A DNA stretch of 64,000 nt, taken from positions 134,513 to 198,512 of the IMG/VR virus record IMGVR_UViG_3300046003_007336. One strand, 5' to 3'. The notes under the pieces were generated by a model. That model was not told the DNA's origin. It did no database searches and was given only the letters and a program-made list of their open reading frames with translations. The translations under genes and the position numbers were made by a program. The number at the start of each line of letters is the position of its first letter. Positions within the stretch are counted from its first letter, which is position 1. The stretch is from a virus. Positions 17,620-27,039 of this stretch are shown piece by piece.

Positions 17620-18530
17620 AACCGACCCAAGGCGTCGATGGCGAGCGGGATGTCTCCCCAGATCGCGGCGGCCTTGTCGCCATAGAAATAGTCCGGCTGC
17701 CCGGAATCGCGCTTTTTCTGAAGAGCACGAAGGTTGTTGTGCATGGTGTTCTTGAGACTGTGGAAGCCGAACATGAACTCCTCCAGACCCTGCACGTCTC
17801 CAGCGGCCTTGAGTTCCTTGATGCGCGGCACCGCATTGCGGACGTCTTCCATCTTGAAGTCGCCCATGATGAGGAAGCCCAAACTGGAAAATGTTTTGAT
17901 CACATTCAGCGACGCCATGAAGGCCGCGTTGACGGCCGATTTCTTCTCGGGATTGTCGCGGGCCATGCGGAGGGCCGTAGCGGCTTCCTTGTAGGACGCC
18001 AGGATGGCCTTGCCGATGGGGGCGAGTTGTCCGGGCTCGACAGTGATCTTGCCGCCAGACTCGACGAAGTCCCGCATCGATATTGCGGTGCGGGGCGTCA
18101 TCCGGGCGCCTTCCAGGACACCGTTCTTGCCCCCGTAGGCGAGCCACTTCGCGATCACGTTCAAGTAATCGGGCACCTCATCCATGGAGTTGATGTAGTT
18201 GCCGCCATAGAAAATCGGGATGAAGTCTCTGACGACGATGCCGGGGTTCTTGCGGGCCAACCCATGCAGGGTGTCGAAGCCCATGTGGTGCTCATCGGAG
18301 CGCGCGATGGGGATGATGTGGTTCGACGTCTTCGAGATCATCGTGTAGCCGACCTCACCCATAGTTCCCGGCTTTGCGTCGCCATCCCCCATGGAGTTGC
18401 CATCGTAGACGTAGACGCGCCACCGCTCGACGTCCGCGAGGCTATCGGTGATCTGATATTTCTTCGGGTCCAGCGCAGGGTGGAGTTGGAACGGCTGGAT
18501 GGATTCGACGAGGGTGATCAGATTGCGCAT
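17616..18530 (-). CDS. late-expressed hypothetical protein, possibly virion-packaged
   Basis: Start MRNLITLVES 4 nt after TAAATA (18535-18540). Confidence 0.7.
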   Translation of the reverse strand: MRNLITLVESIQPFQLHPALDPKKYQITDSLADVERWRVYVYDGNSMGDGDAKPGTMGEVGYTMISKTSNHIIPIARSDEHHMGFDTLHGLARKNPGIVVRDFIPIFYGGNYINSMDEVPDYLNVIAKWLAYGGKNGVLEGARMTPRTAISMRDFVESGGKITVEPGQLAPIGKAILASYKEAATALRMARDNPEKKSAVNAAFMASLNVIKTFSSLGFLIMGDFKMEDVRNAVPRIKELKAAGDVQGLEEFMFGFHSLKNTMHNNLRALQKKRDSGQPDYFYGDKAAAIWGDIPLAIDALGRF

Positions 18531-18553
18531 CGGATATTTAGCCCTCAAATTCT

Positions 18554-18955
18554 CTAAGCATCACGGACCTCGGGGAATCGGAGACGGAACTCCACCCCGG
18601 CACGAGCTTTCTCGAAAGCGACCAGGATTTTTCCTTGCCTCGGGCACAGGATGACTGTCCAGCGACCGAGTTCCAGATCGTCTGCAATGATTTCGAGAAT
18701 GGCCTGAACGACCATCTCAACATCGTCATCGCGATACTCAATGAAGGCTTCGAGTTCGAACACGACCTTGATGGCCTTGACGACTCGTTCGGGCGTGGCC
18801 GCGAACACGCTGCCACAATAGTCGAGATAGCCAGTGGCGGTAAGTTCCGCCCGCCGTTGATTGGCAACCCCCCACCGGCCCTGTAGGAGGCCGTGCGGGA
18901 ACTGCGGAACTTTTTCGCTGATTTCCGACGCGGTTTCGAGGGAACGGAGATGCAT
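18554..18955 (-). CDS. hypothetical protein
   Basis: TGATG coupling at 18955. Confidence 0.6.
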   Translation of the reverse strand: MHLRSLETASEISEKVPQFPHGLLQGRWGVANQRRAELTATGYLDYCGSVFAATPERVVKAIKVVFELEAFIEYRDDDVEMVVQAILEIIADDLELGRWTVILCPRQGKILVAFEKARAGVEFRLRFPEVRDA

Positions 18956-19350
18956 CAAACAATCCCCGTGTGCGTCGGTCCCGAATAGAGGAGCATGAAT
19001 TTGGCGATGTCTTCTTTGTTCGTGAAGCACACGCCCCAGGACATGCCGAGGCTGACGCCCCGCACGGAGGTCCACGGCCCGTCGAAGGGGTCGTCCTTCA
19101 GGTATTCGATGAGGTCTTCAACGGCACCGAGACATTCCAGGAGGCTGTCGATCAGGGCTGCATGCCGATATCCGCGTTTGGCCATGGCGACCATCTGGAC
19201 GGCAGCTTGGTCGCCATTCAGATATTCGAAAATGCTGGCTGGCGGCGAATAGCCGGGGAGATGGGAGAACTGATAGACGCCGTTGGACGAATATCCGCCA
19301 GTCATGACGAGATGGAGTTTGTCGATCTTGACGCCAGCGTTACTTTCCAT
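18955..19350 (-). CDS. hypothetical protein (C-terminal IAKFMLLY motif)
   Basis: Coupled operon gene; start MESNAG chosen over track start 19395. Confidence 0.6.
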   Translation of the reverse strand: MESNAGVKIDKLHLVMTGGYSSNGVYQFSHLPGYSPPASIFEYLNGDQAAVQMVAMAKRGYRHAALIDSLLECLGAVEDLIEYLKDDPFDGPWTSVRGVSLGMSWGVCFTNKEDIAKFMLLYSGPTHTGIV

Positions 19351-19720
19351 ACCAGCACCAGCGGGGCTCAATGGCGAGGAAGGCGTAGGGGTCATTGGCG
19401 ACGTGCCCCCACGCCTCGTTGTAGGCCCGGAAGCCCTTCTCCTCGGTGATGTCGGAATCGTTGAAATCGTTTTCGGGGTACTCGATATCCTGGAGCCAGG
19501 ACAGGATGGAATCTGCCGCAGTCTCTGGGGTATCGAGTGGATAGGGGAAGGGCTCGGCGGTCTTGCTGTCGGTCCAGAACAAGATCAGCCGTGCAGGCTT
19601 GCCTTCGCGCTCCTCGACACGAAAATGCGTTGCGCGGCGGTGCTGGCCGAGCATAATCTGCATCACCGAGACGAGGTCTCGGCGACTACGCGTCCCAATA
19701 TCGATGGAGAAGTTGTCCAT
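19340..19720 (-). CDS. hypothetical phage protein
   Basis: TGATG coupling at 19720. Confidence 0.65.
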   Translation of the reverse strand: MDNFSIDIGTRSRRDLVSVMQIMLGQHRRATHFRVEEREGKPARLILFWTDSKTAEPFPYPLDTPETAADSILSWLQDIEYPENDFNDSDITEEKGFRAYNEAWGHVANDPYAFLAIEPRWCWYGK

Positions 19721-20121
19721 CAGCGAACCCGCTTGGACGGCTGGCCGGGCAGAATCATGGCGCCGCCACTCGCGCGACAATCGTCGGCGAAGCTCAGACG
19801 GGCGTCACCGTCGATTTCCTCGACGACCGGGAAGGGACCCACGTTGGGTTCCTTGGCGGCCTTCTTGGTCGTCTCGTCGATCTGACGCACGTAGTCGCCC
19901 ACGGACTGCCCCTGAACGGTGCAGAACCATTGGACGGGCGGCTGGCCTTTCTGGGGCGGGGTGTTGTGGTTGTCGAACCAGTAGTCGAGGATGCGTTCGG
20001 CGTCCTCGCGGTCCTGCCAGCCGGTCGCGCGTTCGATCTTCACCCAACCCGCGCCGTCGTAGGCGTCCTTGGGACGATATCCATCATAGTAGAAGGCGCG
20101 GCCGAGGCGAATGACGAACAT
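19720..20121 (-). CDS. hypothetical protein
   Basis: 133 aa coupled to the aaRS-like gene. Confidence 0.65.
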   Translation of the reverse strand: MFVIRLGRAFYYDGYRPKDAYDGAGWVKIERATGWQDREDAERILDYWFDNHNTPPQKGQPPVQWFCTVQGQSVGDYVRQIDETTKKAAKEPNVGPFPVVEEIDGDARLSFADDCRASGGAMILPGQPSKRVR

Positions 20122-20858
20122 CAGAGCACACCCTGGCTGACCACGACCATGCGGTCGATGCCGAAGGCGACCTCGAAGACCCGGTTGGGTTTCTGGCCGG
20201 GGATGTCAGGGAAGTCGGTGCGGATGGAGGTCGAGGCGACTTCCTTCCATTCCGGGGTGCCGGTCGTGGGCGACGTCCACAGGACTTCGATGTCGATGGT
20301 CTCCGTGGAATACGAGGGCAGGCGGTCGCTCGGAACCAGCCGGGTTTCCAGACCGGTCAGCTTGGCGACCACGGGCACGAGCGCATCACGAACGGTCTGC
20401 GGGATGGGCGCCATGGTGTTCTCGCCGTAGATGCACTGGAACTCCAACTGGTAGAAGGAATTGAAGCGCAGCTTGGCCGCCGTCGCGCCGTCCGAGCGTT
20501 CCTGCCGGAAGCTCTGGCCCATGGTGTAGACGCAGAAAGGCGGCTTGGCGTTGGTGGACCGGAAGAGTTCGACCGCCATCAGGTAGGAGCCCATCGTGGT
20601 CTCAGCCCGCAGGGCGTAATCCTGGCCTGCGATCTGGTCACGGAGCACGAAGACGTCGTCGTCGGCGTAGGCTGCGGACATGAGGCTGCGCGGCATGAGG
20701 ACCGGAGTGTCGGTCTCCTCGAAACGCCACATCTGGTTCATGTCCAGCAGGGTCTTCTGCACGCAGCCGACCAGCGAGGACTTGATGATTTCGCGGAGGC
20801 GAATCTCGTGGTCACGCCATGAGCGAAGCGCGGTCGTATCGTAGGGGGCGGATGACAT
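20121..20858 (-). CDS. truncated class II aminoacyl-tRNA synthetase-like protein (GlyRS-type catalytic core)
   Basis: LRAETT, motif 2 SFRQE...LRFNSFYQLEF, EVAS.S.RTDF, motif 3 FGIDRMV; ends right after motif 3. Confidence 0.8.
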   Translation of the reverse strand: MSSAPYDTTALRSWRDHEIRLREIIKSSLVGCVQKTLLDMNQMWRFEETDTPVLMPRSLMSAAYADDDVFVLRDQIAGQDYALRAETTMGSYLMAVELFRSTNAKPPFCVYTMGQSFRQERSDGATAAKLRFNSFYQLEFQCIYGENTMAPIPQTVRDALVPVVAKLTGLETRLVPSDRLPSYSTETIDIEVLWTSPTTGTPEWKEVASTSIRTDFPDIPGQKPNRVFEVAFGIDRMVVVSQGVL

Positions 20859-20912
20859 GGTGGGCTCTCTCTAAAGGTCCCGCCACCATAGTGGGAATGA
20901 TTATTTCGTCAA

Positions 20913-21299
20913 TCAAAAAAAGTCTGTCTTGTCATCGCCGAAGCGAAGCTTAAACGCCATCATGTCACGCTCTCTGGAGAACTTGATCTCCACTCTACAG
21001 TATTGACTGGGAGGAAAAGTGGCCCAAAGGGATTTCTGCCTTGCGCAGTTAGCATTCATCCAGACCCGTCCGGTGCAGTTCCGGTTCGCGAACGCGATCA
21101 TGCATTCACCATCTCGGTCGAACTGGTAATATTCCTGAACGAGAGGATAGGTGTCGAAATCATATTGGAGGATGAAACGGGGTTTCTCCAATAGAGACGA
21201 TATTGCTCCCCGAAAGGTGAGGCAAATCTCGACGGCGTAGAGGATTTTGTCTCCTCTCTGCCCCGAACTATCCGCCCAGGTTCGCCGAACGACCTTCAT
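20913..21299 (-). CDS. hypothetical protein (C-terminal MMAFKLRF motif)
   Basis: 128 aa; 4-nt overlap with upstream gene. Confidence 0.6.
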   Translation of the reverse strand: MKVVRRTWADSSGQRGDKILYAVEICLTFRGAISSLLEKPRFILQYDFDTYPLVQEYYQFDRDGECMIAFANRNCTGRVWMNANCARQKSLWATFPPSQYCRVEIKFSRERDMMAFKLRFGDDKTDFF

Positions 21300-21607
21300 C
21301 GCGGCGCCGGGGTGGTCCAGTCATGGAAACGAATGGCGGCGCGGTAGAATCGCAGCCACGCCAGCACCTGCATGACAGGGTGGCCGATGAGATTGTGGAC
21401 TGCCCACGCGTGCTTGGGCCAGTTGAGGCGGCGTCCTTCCAAGGCGGAGGGCTTGAGGAGCATGACGGTCTCAATGGCATCGTTGCCCTCGGCGACGTGA
21501 CGCGCCCCCGACTTGGTGACGATCTCCACGCGCGCGAGACCGGTCTCGGGGAGGATGACCTCCGCGATCTCGTCCGGTGCAAGCAGGTGGAGACCGGCCT
21601 TGATCAT
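21296..21607 (-). CDS. hypothetical protein
   Basis: MIKAGLHLL...; TGATG coupling at 21607. Confidence 0.65.
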   Translation of the reverse strand: MIKAGLHLLAPDEIAEVILPETGLARVEIVTKSGARHVAEGNDAIETVMLLKPSALEGRRLNWPKHAWAVHNLIGHPVMQVLAWLRFYRAAIRFHDWTTPAPR

Positions 21608-21855
21608 CAGAAAATCAGGTCGAGAATCGAACCGATAACAAACAGGATGAGGCCGAGCACGCCAAGTTTGGCCTGAAGATCGAACGGATTGTTGGTGCCG
21701 GGCTTGAACGGGCGAAGCATTCCGTAGATGCCGAAACCAATGCTGGCCAGCAAGGCGAGCACGGCCAGGATGTTTGCCCCCAAGAGGAGGAGTGCTCCGG
21801 CAAAAACGATCAGGCCGAGCGAGATCATTTTTTCTTTGTTGGTTGCGATTTGCAT
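21607..21855 (-). CDS. small multi-pass membrane protein
   Basis: About three hydrophobic helices; TGATG coupling at 21855. Confidence 0.7.
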   Translation of the reverse strand: MQIATNKEKMISLGLIVFAGALLLLGANILAVLALLASIGFGIYGMLRPFKPGTNNPFDLQAKLGVLGLILFVIGSILDLIF

Positions 21856-22070
21856 CAGTCGGGTTCTTCCAATTTGACGGTGACGGGTTCGAAGTTTTCC
21901 TGGCCGAGAGTTTCGAGCCAGTGCGTAACGGTGTCGGGAACCGACAACAAGACGGCTTTCTGGAACGGTTGATTGGGCCGCCCTCCCTTTCCCACGTAGG
22001 TTCCTGGGATGAGAGAACCATCGCGGCCTCTGCCTTTGCAACGTAGAACGACGAATTCTTGAGTGGCCAT
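21855..22070 (-). CDS. hypothetical protein
   Basis: ATG 5 nt after TAAATA (22076-22081). Confidence 0.65.
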   Translation of the reverse strand: MATQEFVVLRCKGRGRDGSLIPGTYVGKGGRPNQPFQKAVLLSVPDTVTHWLETLGQENFEPVTVKLEEPD

Positions 22071-22152
22071 GCTGCTATTTAACTTACGGTAGCGGACGCA
22101 AGGGTCTCAAGGAAGATCAGGGCCTCTTCCCGCATGGCTTCGTGGTTGGTCG

Positions 22153-23472
22153 TCACGCGACCAGACCACCCGTCTTGGCCGACAGATCGAAGTGCGTTTC
22201 GATGAAGGCGATCACTTCCAGCGCGGGCGTCGAGCGCGAGAACACGATGTTGGGGCCGTGCTCATCCAGCATGACGGCCTTGATGCCCGGTGCGACCTTC
22301 TGGAGGCCCCGTGAGGTGGCTTGGCCGCATTGGTGGCTGCCGCACTCGTTAGGCCTCTGATCGACGTGTGAGAGGACTTCTGACGCACCATCACGGGGTG
22401 GGCAGTGGAAATGCACGATGCACTCGGCCTCGGGGTGCTCGCGGAAGATCACCCGCTGAGACTGGCCGCCGACGCTGGGCTTGCCGCCGTGGGCGATCAC
22501 TTTCTCGTCCCCGTATTCGACCAGGATGAGGCCTTCCTCGGGAAGCTTGTTGAAGTCGCGCTTGCGGCGCGATGTCAGGATGGAGCCGTCGTCGATCTTG
22601 GCGGCGAAGTGGCCCACCGTCGCGCCCCGGAAGGGCTTATAGGCGCCACGCACGATGCAGTGATTGACGACCTCGCGGAGGTTCTCGGGCACACGGGGGT
22701 CACCCCACGCCACAGGCGGACCATCGACGACGGTCGAGCGCGTGAAAGTGTTGGTCGAGCGCGAGAGCAGCATTTCGACCAAGCCGTCGAGGCACTCGTT
22801 TCGGTCATGCGTCTGGAAGTGACGCGATTCCTCGGGTGTCACGACCATGTTGAGGCGCGTCACCGTGTCGTTGGCCAGCACCAGATTGGCGGAGTTGGCC
22901 TTGAGGAGATGGAGCCCGGCCGCATACTGTTCGTCCGGCGTCGCCCCCGTCGTGGTCTTGAAGGCGACGAGGAAGATGTCCTTCCGCTCCTTGCGGATGC
23001 GCGAGATCAGCTTGTCGGCGGGGTCGAGGGCCATCCATCGACTGCCTTCACTGGTTTTCAGCCTCTCCTCATGGGAGCCAGAATTCGTCCTATCCCAAAG
23101 GTAGGTTGACGGCGGCTGTGCCGTCTTCATCACCACACCGTCGTAGTCGCACAGGGCGGCGTTCATGATAATGACGCGGGTCTCGGGGTCAGCGATCAGC
23201 CCATCCACGAGATCACTGACATCCTGGTTGGTGACCAGACTGCTCGTGTGATCGGCCATCTTGGTCAGATGTAGGGTGACCTCGCGCTCGGCCTGCTCTT
23301 CAAGCACGGTCGCGTAGGTGTTCGAAATCGCGCGACCTTCGCGCGCCGCTTCCACCATGGTGTTGATGATGACGCGTTCGAGATAACGGGCCGTTCCGCC
23401 GAATGCCGGAGCCGCCAGAGCGAGGTGGTTGCGAACGTGGGAGAAAGTCCCACCGCCGATGACGTGTATCAT
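22153..23472 (-). CDS. CoaB/DFP-like domain fused to class II aldolase-like domain
   Basis: N-terminal: VIGGGT, MNAALCDY, LVAFKT, ANLVLAND; C-terminal: LTSRRK.DF, IVHFH, HGPNIV. Confidence 0.7.
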   Translation of the reverse strand: MIHVIGGGTFSHVRNHLALAAPAFGGTARYLERVIINTMVEAAREGRAISNTYATVLEEQAEREVTLHLTKMADHTSSLVTNQDVSDLVDGLIADPETRVIIMNAALCDYDGVVMKTAQPPSTYLWDRTNSGSHEERLKTSEGSRWMALDPADKLISRIRKERKDIFLVAFKTTTGATPDEQYAAGLHLLKANSANLVLANDTVTRLNMVVTPEESRHFQTHDRNECLDGLVEMLLSRSTNTFTRSTVVDGPPVAWGDPRVPENLREVVNHCIVRGAYKPFRGATVGHFAAKIDDGSILTSRRKRDFNKLPEEGLILVEYGDEKVIAHGGKPSVGGQSQRVIFREHPEAECIVHFHCPPRDGASEVLSHVDQRPNECGSHQCGQATSRGLQKVAPGIKAVMLDEHGPNIVFSRSTPALEVIAFIETHFDLSAKTGGLVA

Positions 23473-23717
23473 TGCTCGGTCTCGATGAAAGGGGCGGGTT
23501 GGTCGTTTTTGTGGAGGATTTCGGCTTCGAGGTTGTCCTCGTGATAGCCCATGCCGGTTTTCTTCTCGGAGTCGATGCGGACATAGTGGCCCACAGGGAC
23601 TTCGCCCTTCGCGGTGATCATCTTCGCGTCGGTGGGGTCACACGGGTTCGAGACCACGCAGACGCCGAGGTCGAGTTGATGTCGGACGAGAACCCGATCA
23701 CCTTTGGCGAACTTCAT
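23469..23717 (-). CDS. hypothetical protein
   Basis: 82 aa; overlapping operon gene. Confidence 0.6.
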   Translation of the reverse strand: MKFAKGDRVLVRHQLDLGVCVVSNPCDPTDAKMITAKGEVPVGHYVRIDSEKKTGMGYHEDNLEAEILHKNDQPAPFIETEQ

Positions 23718-24196
23718 TTTTCCTGCTCCTTCAAGGCGGCCTCAAGGGCGCGCTGAAGCACCTCGGGTGGAACAGCGAAACCATCCCGAGACAGTGACGC
23801 CATCATGGCCGCGACCGGAGCTTCGACGACCGGCTCAACGTAAATTTCCGCGTCAATGCTGAACGAGGCGCCCTTCACTGAGCAGGAACCGTTCTCGATA
23901 GTGGCCGTGACATTGACGACGCTGCACGACCGAATGGACAGCGGGTTGCCCAACCGGTCCAGAATAGCGTTGATGTCATCCCGCAGACAGAAAGGCCACG
24001 CGTGATCGCTCGTCGCCACGACGTCGCCGGTATGCTCACCGGGGACGACACCGACTTTGTTCTCGTCGGCGAACATGACGATCAAGTTCGAGTCGGCGGC
24101 CCACGTCCAGACAACGTAGTCCCAGCCGTTCTTGCGCGCCAGTTTCTCGACTGCCTTGAGGTTCGGGACTTCGGTCATCAGTTCTCGATCAGCCAC
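23714..24196 (-). CDS. hypothetical protein
   Basis: 160 aa; operon context. Confidence 0.6.
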   Translation of the reverse strand: MADRELMTEVPNLKAVEKLARKNGWDYVVWTWAADSNLIVMFADENKVGVVPGEHTGDVVATSDHAWPFCLRDDINAILDRLGNPLSIRSCSVVNVTATIENGSCSVKGASFSIDAEIYVEPVVEAPVAAMMASLSRDGFAVPPEVLQRALEAALKEQEK

Positions 24197-24465
24197 GCGT
24201 CTTCCGTGCCCTGCGGGTTGGCCAGGAAGGAATCACAGTCTTCGGAGTTGGCGAACTCCGTCATTTCGGCCAGCCACCTCTTCTCGTTGAGGCCGGAGAA
24301 ATATTTGGCGCAACTCGGGTCAACCTCGACCCTGATCTTGCCGTTGTGGACCGTACAGGCGAACATCACGCCTTCCAGCAGGGTGTCCCCTACGGAGTAG
24401 CCGTCCAGAAAGGCGACGTCGATCTCGGTCGGGGCGTCCTCGTCTCCCTTGACGAAAACCTTCAT
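24178..24465 (-). CDS. hypothetical protein
   Basis: 95 aa; operon context. Confidence 0.6.
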   Translation of the reverse strand: MKVFVKGDEDAPTEIDVAFLDGYSVGDTLLEGVMFACTVHNGKIRVEVDPSCAKYFSGLNEKRWLAEMTEFANSEDCDSFLANPQGTEDAWLIEN

Positions 24466-24866
24466 GCGCTGGCCTCCAGCTTGTCCTCACCGGCCTCCAG
24501 CTTGGCCCACTGAGCGGCCTCCACGGCTTCATATTCATCCTCGGTCAGGATGGAGGTCTCGCCGACCTCGAAGCCGAAGTCGCGGAAAACCTGGGCCCAT
24601 TTTTCGAACAGTTCGTCCTGTTTCTCGACGGTGACGTCCATTGAGCCGAAGCCGAGGATTTCGAACTGAGGATTGAAGGCGACTTCGTGGCGGCCATACT
24701 GGTCTTCCAAGGCCGCCCGGTGGATGAACTGGTCGGATTCCAGAGCGGCCTCAAAGGCGTCAAACTGCGCCTCGGTGCCATCGACTGACAAGACGAAGAT
24801 GCGATGAACATCGTTTTCTGCGTGGTCTGAGAAGGCGACGAACCCGAAGGTGAACAGTTTGCGCAT
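24462..24866 (-). CDS. acidic hypothetical protein
   Basis: 134 aa; coupled. Confidence 0.65.
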   Translation of the reverse strand: MRKLFTFGFVAFSDHAENDVHRIFVLSVDGTEAQFDAFEAALESDQFIHRAALEDQYGRHEVAFNPQFEILGFGSMDVTVEKQDELFEKWAQVFRDFGFEVGETSILTEDEYEAVEAAQWAKLEAGEDKLEASA

Positions 24867-25309
24867 CAGCGGTTTCCTTTTGCGGACGATTTGGCGAGCT
24901 TGTGTCCGGCGACGAAGCGGCGGCTCTCGGCCATGAGTTCCTGGTCGAGCGCGCTGGTCTTCGGGTTCGAATAGACGGTCTCGTTGTCCTTCAGCTTCTT
25001 CTTCAGGACGGCGAGTTCATCGCCCTTTTCGAGGATGACCCGAAGGCTGGCCACGAGGGCTTCACGGGTGACCGGGATGCCGGGCTCGGTCTGGTCGGGG
25101 TCCTCGTTATACATGCGCGTGAAGGCGATGCTGGACCCGCGCACGAGTTCACGGATGTCGCGGATGTCGTCCTCATAGGCGTTCAACCACCGCTCCAGTT
25201 CGCGGTCGAGGTGGCCACCATCGCCCGAGGCCATGTCGGCGATGTTCAGCATCGCGGCAACCATGTTCTCTTCGCGAGTGAGGAAGAAATATTTCACGAG
25301 TTTCTCCAA
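24866..25309 (-). CDS. hypothetical protein
   Basis: 147 aa; TTGCCA-N16-TATATT promoter-like sequence upstream. Confidence 0.65.
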   Translation of the reverse strand: MEKLVKYFFLTREENMVAAMLNIADMASGDGGHLDRELERWLNAYEDDIRDIRELVRGSSIAFTRMYNEDPDQTEPGIPVTREALVASLRVILEKGDELAVLKKKLKDNETVYSNPKTSALDQELMAESRRFVAGHKLAKSSAKGNR

Positions 25310-25357
25310 GGGATTTGGTTTACGAATATAACGGGCTTTGTCGTTCTGGCAAGGGGT

Positions 25358-25573
25358 TTAGAACACGTCCGAAAATATAAGGCGAAACTCTATCTCGGCC
25401 GCAGCAGTCTGCGCGGCGACGATGAGGGGCCATCGTGAATTCGTGACGGTGAGTTGGGGATGCTGCTCAGCAAAACGGGCGGCCTCGCGTTCCCGCGCAC
25501 AGACCGGGCAGGGCACGCGCCCGACGCCAACCGGCGCATTGCCAGTGCAGGACGGAACCGCGATCTCAATCAC
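25358..25573 (-). CDS. small Cys-containing protein, paralog of the next ORF
   Basis: C..C..ER.AA.FA..HP.L and terminal EFxLxF/Y shared with 25570-25821. Confidence 0.65.
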   Translation of the reverse strand: MIEIAVPSCTGNAPVGVGRVPCPVCAREREAARFAEQHPQLTVTNSRWPLIVAAQTAAAEIEFRLIFSDVF

Positions 25574-25821
25574 TGCACCAACTCCCCGTAGAGGAGAAGG
25601 AACTCCATGCGGGCCGCCTCATCATCGGCGTGGATGCGAAGATCATTCTCGGGAGTCCACTGCGTTTGCAGTCTGGGATGCTCTCTGGCGAACTTGGCGG
25701 CACGTTCGCGATCAATACAAAAAGCACACGAGCCCACCGACAAGCCGGAGTTATCACACGACCGAATCTTTAGCACATCAGCCACGGGCACGAATCCCCT
25801 CAAGCTGAACGCGGAGTTCAT
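25570..25821 (-). CDS. small Cys-containing protein, paralog of the previous ORF
   Basis: As above; real start may be GTG 25791 after GAGG. Confidence 0.65.
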   Translation of the reverse strand: MNSAFSLRGFVPVADVLKIRSCDNSGLSVGSCAFCIDRERAAKFAREHPRLQTQWTPENDLRIHADDEAARMEFLLLYGELVQ

Positions 25822-26182
25822 CGCATTCTTCGCGAGATGGTTTGCCCTCGCTGGCGTTGATGATTGACGACACTACCGAGGCGGAGACCTGGGCCCCACG
25901 GGCGATGTCGGCCATCGACCGCATCGTGCCAAGATGGTTGGACCACACATAGGCGGTCAGATCGTCGCGGGTCTCGAACTTCCCGGTCGTCTTCGGGCGC
26001 CGGGCTTTCTTGACACGCGGCTCGGGGACGGGCGGCACCCATCCGGCGACGAAGATGTAGGTCTTGCCCCCGCTGGTGTCGTAGCCGAGGTCACGGGCCA
26101 TCTGGAGGCATTTGTGGCAGTCGTGACTGTCCAGCCCCTCGGTGATTCCATGGCGGCAGGTGCGGTATTCCCAGAAAGACAT
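25778..26182 (-). CDS. hypothetical protein with Zn-finger-like N-terminus and HTH-like C-terminus
   Basis: CRHG...CHKC; MADIARGAQVSASVVSSII. Confidence 0.6.
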   Translation of the reverse strand: MSFWEYRTCRHGITEGLDSHDCHKCLQMARDLGYDTSGGKTYIFVAGWVPPVPEPRVKKARRPKTTGKFETRDDLTAYVWSNHLGTMRSMADIARGAQVSASVVSSIINASEGKPSREECDELRVQLEGIRARG

Positions 26183-26364
26183 CAGTATTTCCCGTTCAGC
26201 GACTTGCCGCCTTTGAGGGCGTGAACCATCAGGGCGTCGCCCAAAATATCCCCAAGATTGGTCTGGCCGGTTTCTTCACCAGCCCGCCAGGGCTCCTCAG
26301 CCTTGCGCTGGGCCTCTAGGCGGTCGATGCGGGCGCGACGTTGTTCCGGTGTTTCACGTGGCAT
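26182..26364 (-). CDS. small hypothetical protein
   Basis: 60 aa; coupled. Confidence 0.55.
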   Translation of the reverse strand: MPRETPEQRRARIDRLEAQRKAEEPWRAGEETGQTNLGDILGDALMVHALKGGKSLNGKY

Positions 26365-26719
26365 CGGGAAGCTCCGTCAGGAAACGCTCGATAGTCTTTT
26401 CGAGGTCGCGGACGCGCGAGATGTGATCGCGTTTCTCGTCGGCCAACGACTTGCGGGCGGAGAGAAGGTGATGACGCATGTACGCGTAGGCTTCCTCGGG
26501 CTCGATGGCCCGCATGGACTTCCGGGAGTCCGTCGAGGCCAGTTTCTCATCGACTGAGTAGCCCTGTCCCTGTTCCTTCATGTCGTCGAGCGACATCACC
26601 CAGAAGACGCCGCCGCGAACGCGAACGATTTTGGCCGGGCAGTCCCAGCCGAACGTGGATGTGTCGCCCGAATACCAGATGTAGTTTCCGACGACGATGT
26701 GTTCGACCGGAAGGCTCAT
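26354..26719 (-). CDS. hypothetical protein
   Basis: ATGA overlap at 26716-26719. Confidence 0.6.
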   Translation of the reverse strand: MSLPVEHIVVGNYIWYSGDTSTFGWDCPAKIVRVRGGVFWVMSLDDMKEQGQGYSVDEKLASTDSRKSMRAIEPEEAYAYMRHHLLSARKSLADEKRDHISRVRDLEKTIERFLTELPDAT

Positions 26720-27039
26720 TCGGACTTGCCCCAGACGACGTCGGTTTGGCTGATAGTGGTTTCGACGCCAGCCTTCCACTGCCACACAACACCGCCGTAA
26801 GGTCCGGTGGTCGCGGCATCATCATACCAGTGTAGAGTGATGACCACCCAGGTGTCGTCGCTGTTCTCGCTGATGCCATGGAGCATCACACGCATGCTCT
26901 CGTGGTCGGTCATGAAGGAATCAAACTGAAAATCGTCTCGATGGGACCGCTGGCGGAGAACCAGAAACTGGGGCAACTCCACGCAGGGATTTTCGACGGC
27001 AGTGTTGAGGACTGCGAGGAACTTGGTGATGTCGATCAT
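26716..27039 (-). CDS. hypothetical protein
   Basis: 107 aa; overlapping. Confidence 0.6.
   Translation of the reverse strand: MIDITKFLAVLNTAVENPCVELPQFLVLRQRSHRDDFQFDSFMTDHESMRVMLHGISENSDDTWVVITLHWYDDAATTGPYGGVVWQWKAGVETTISQTDVVWGKSE

Noticed and set aside
22079-22156. Possible 25-codon ORF after the CoaB fusion
   Set aside because: Too short, with no independent support
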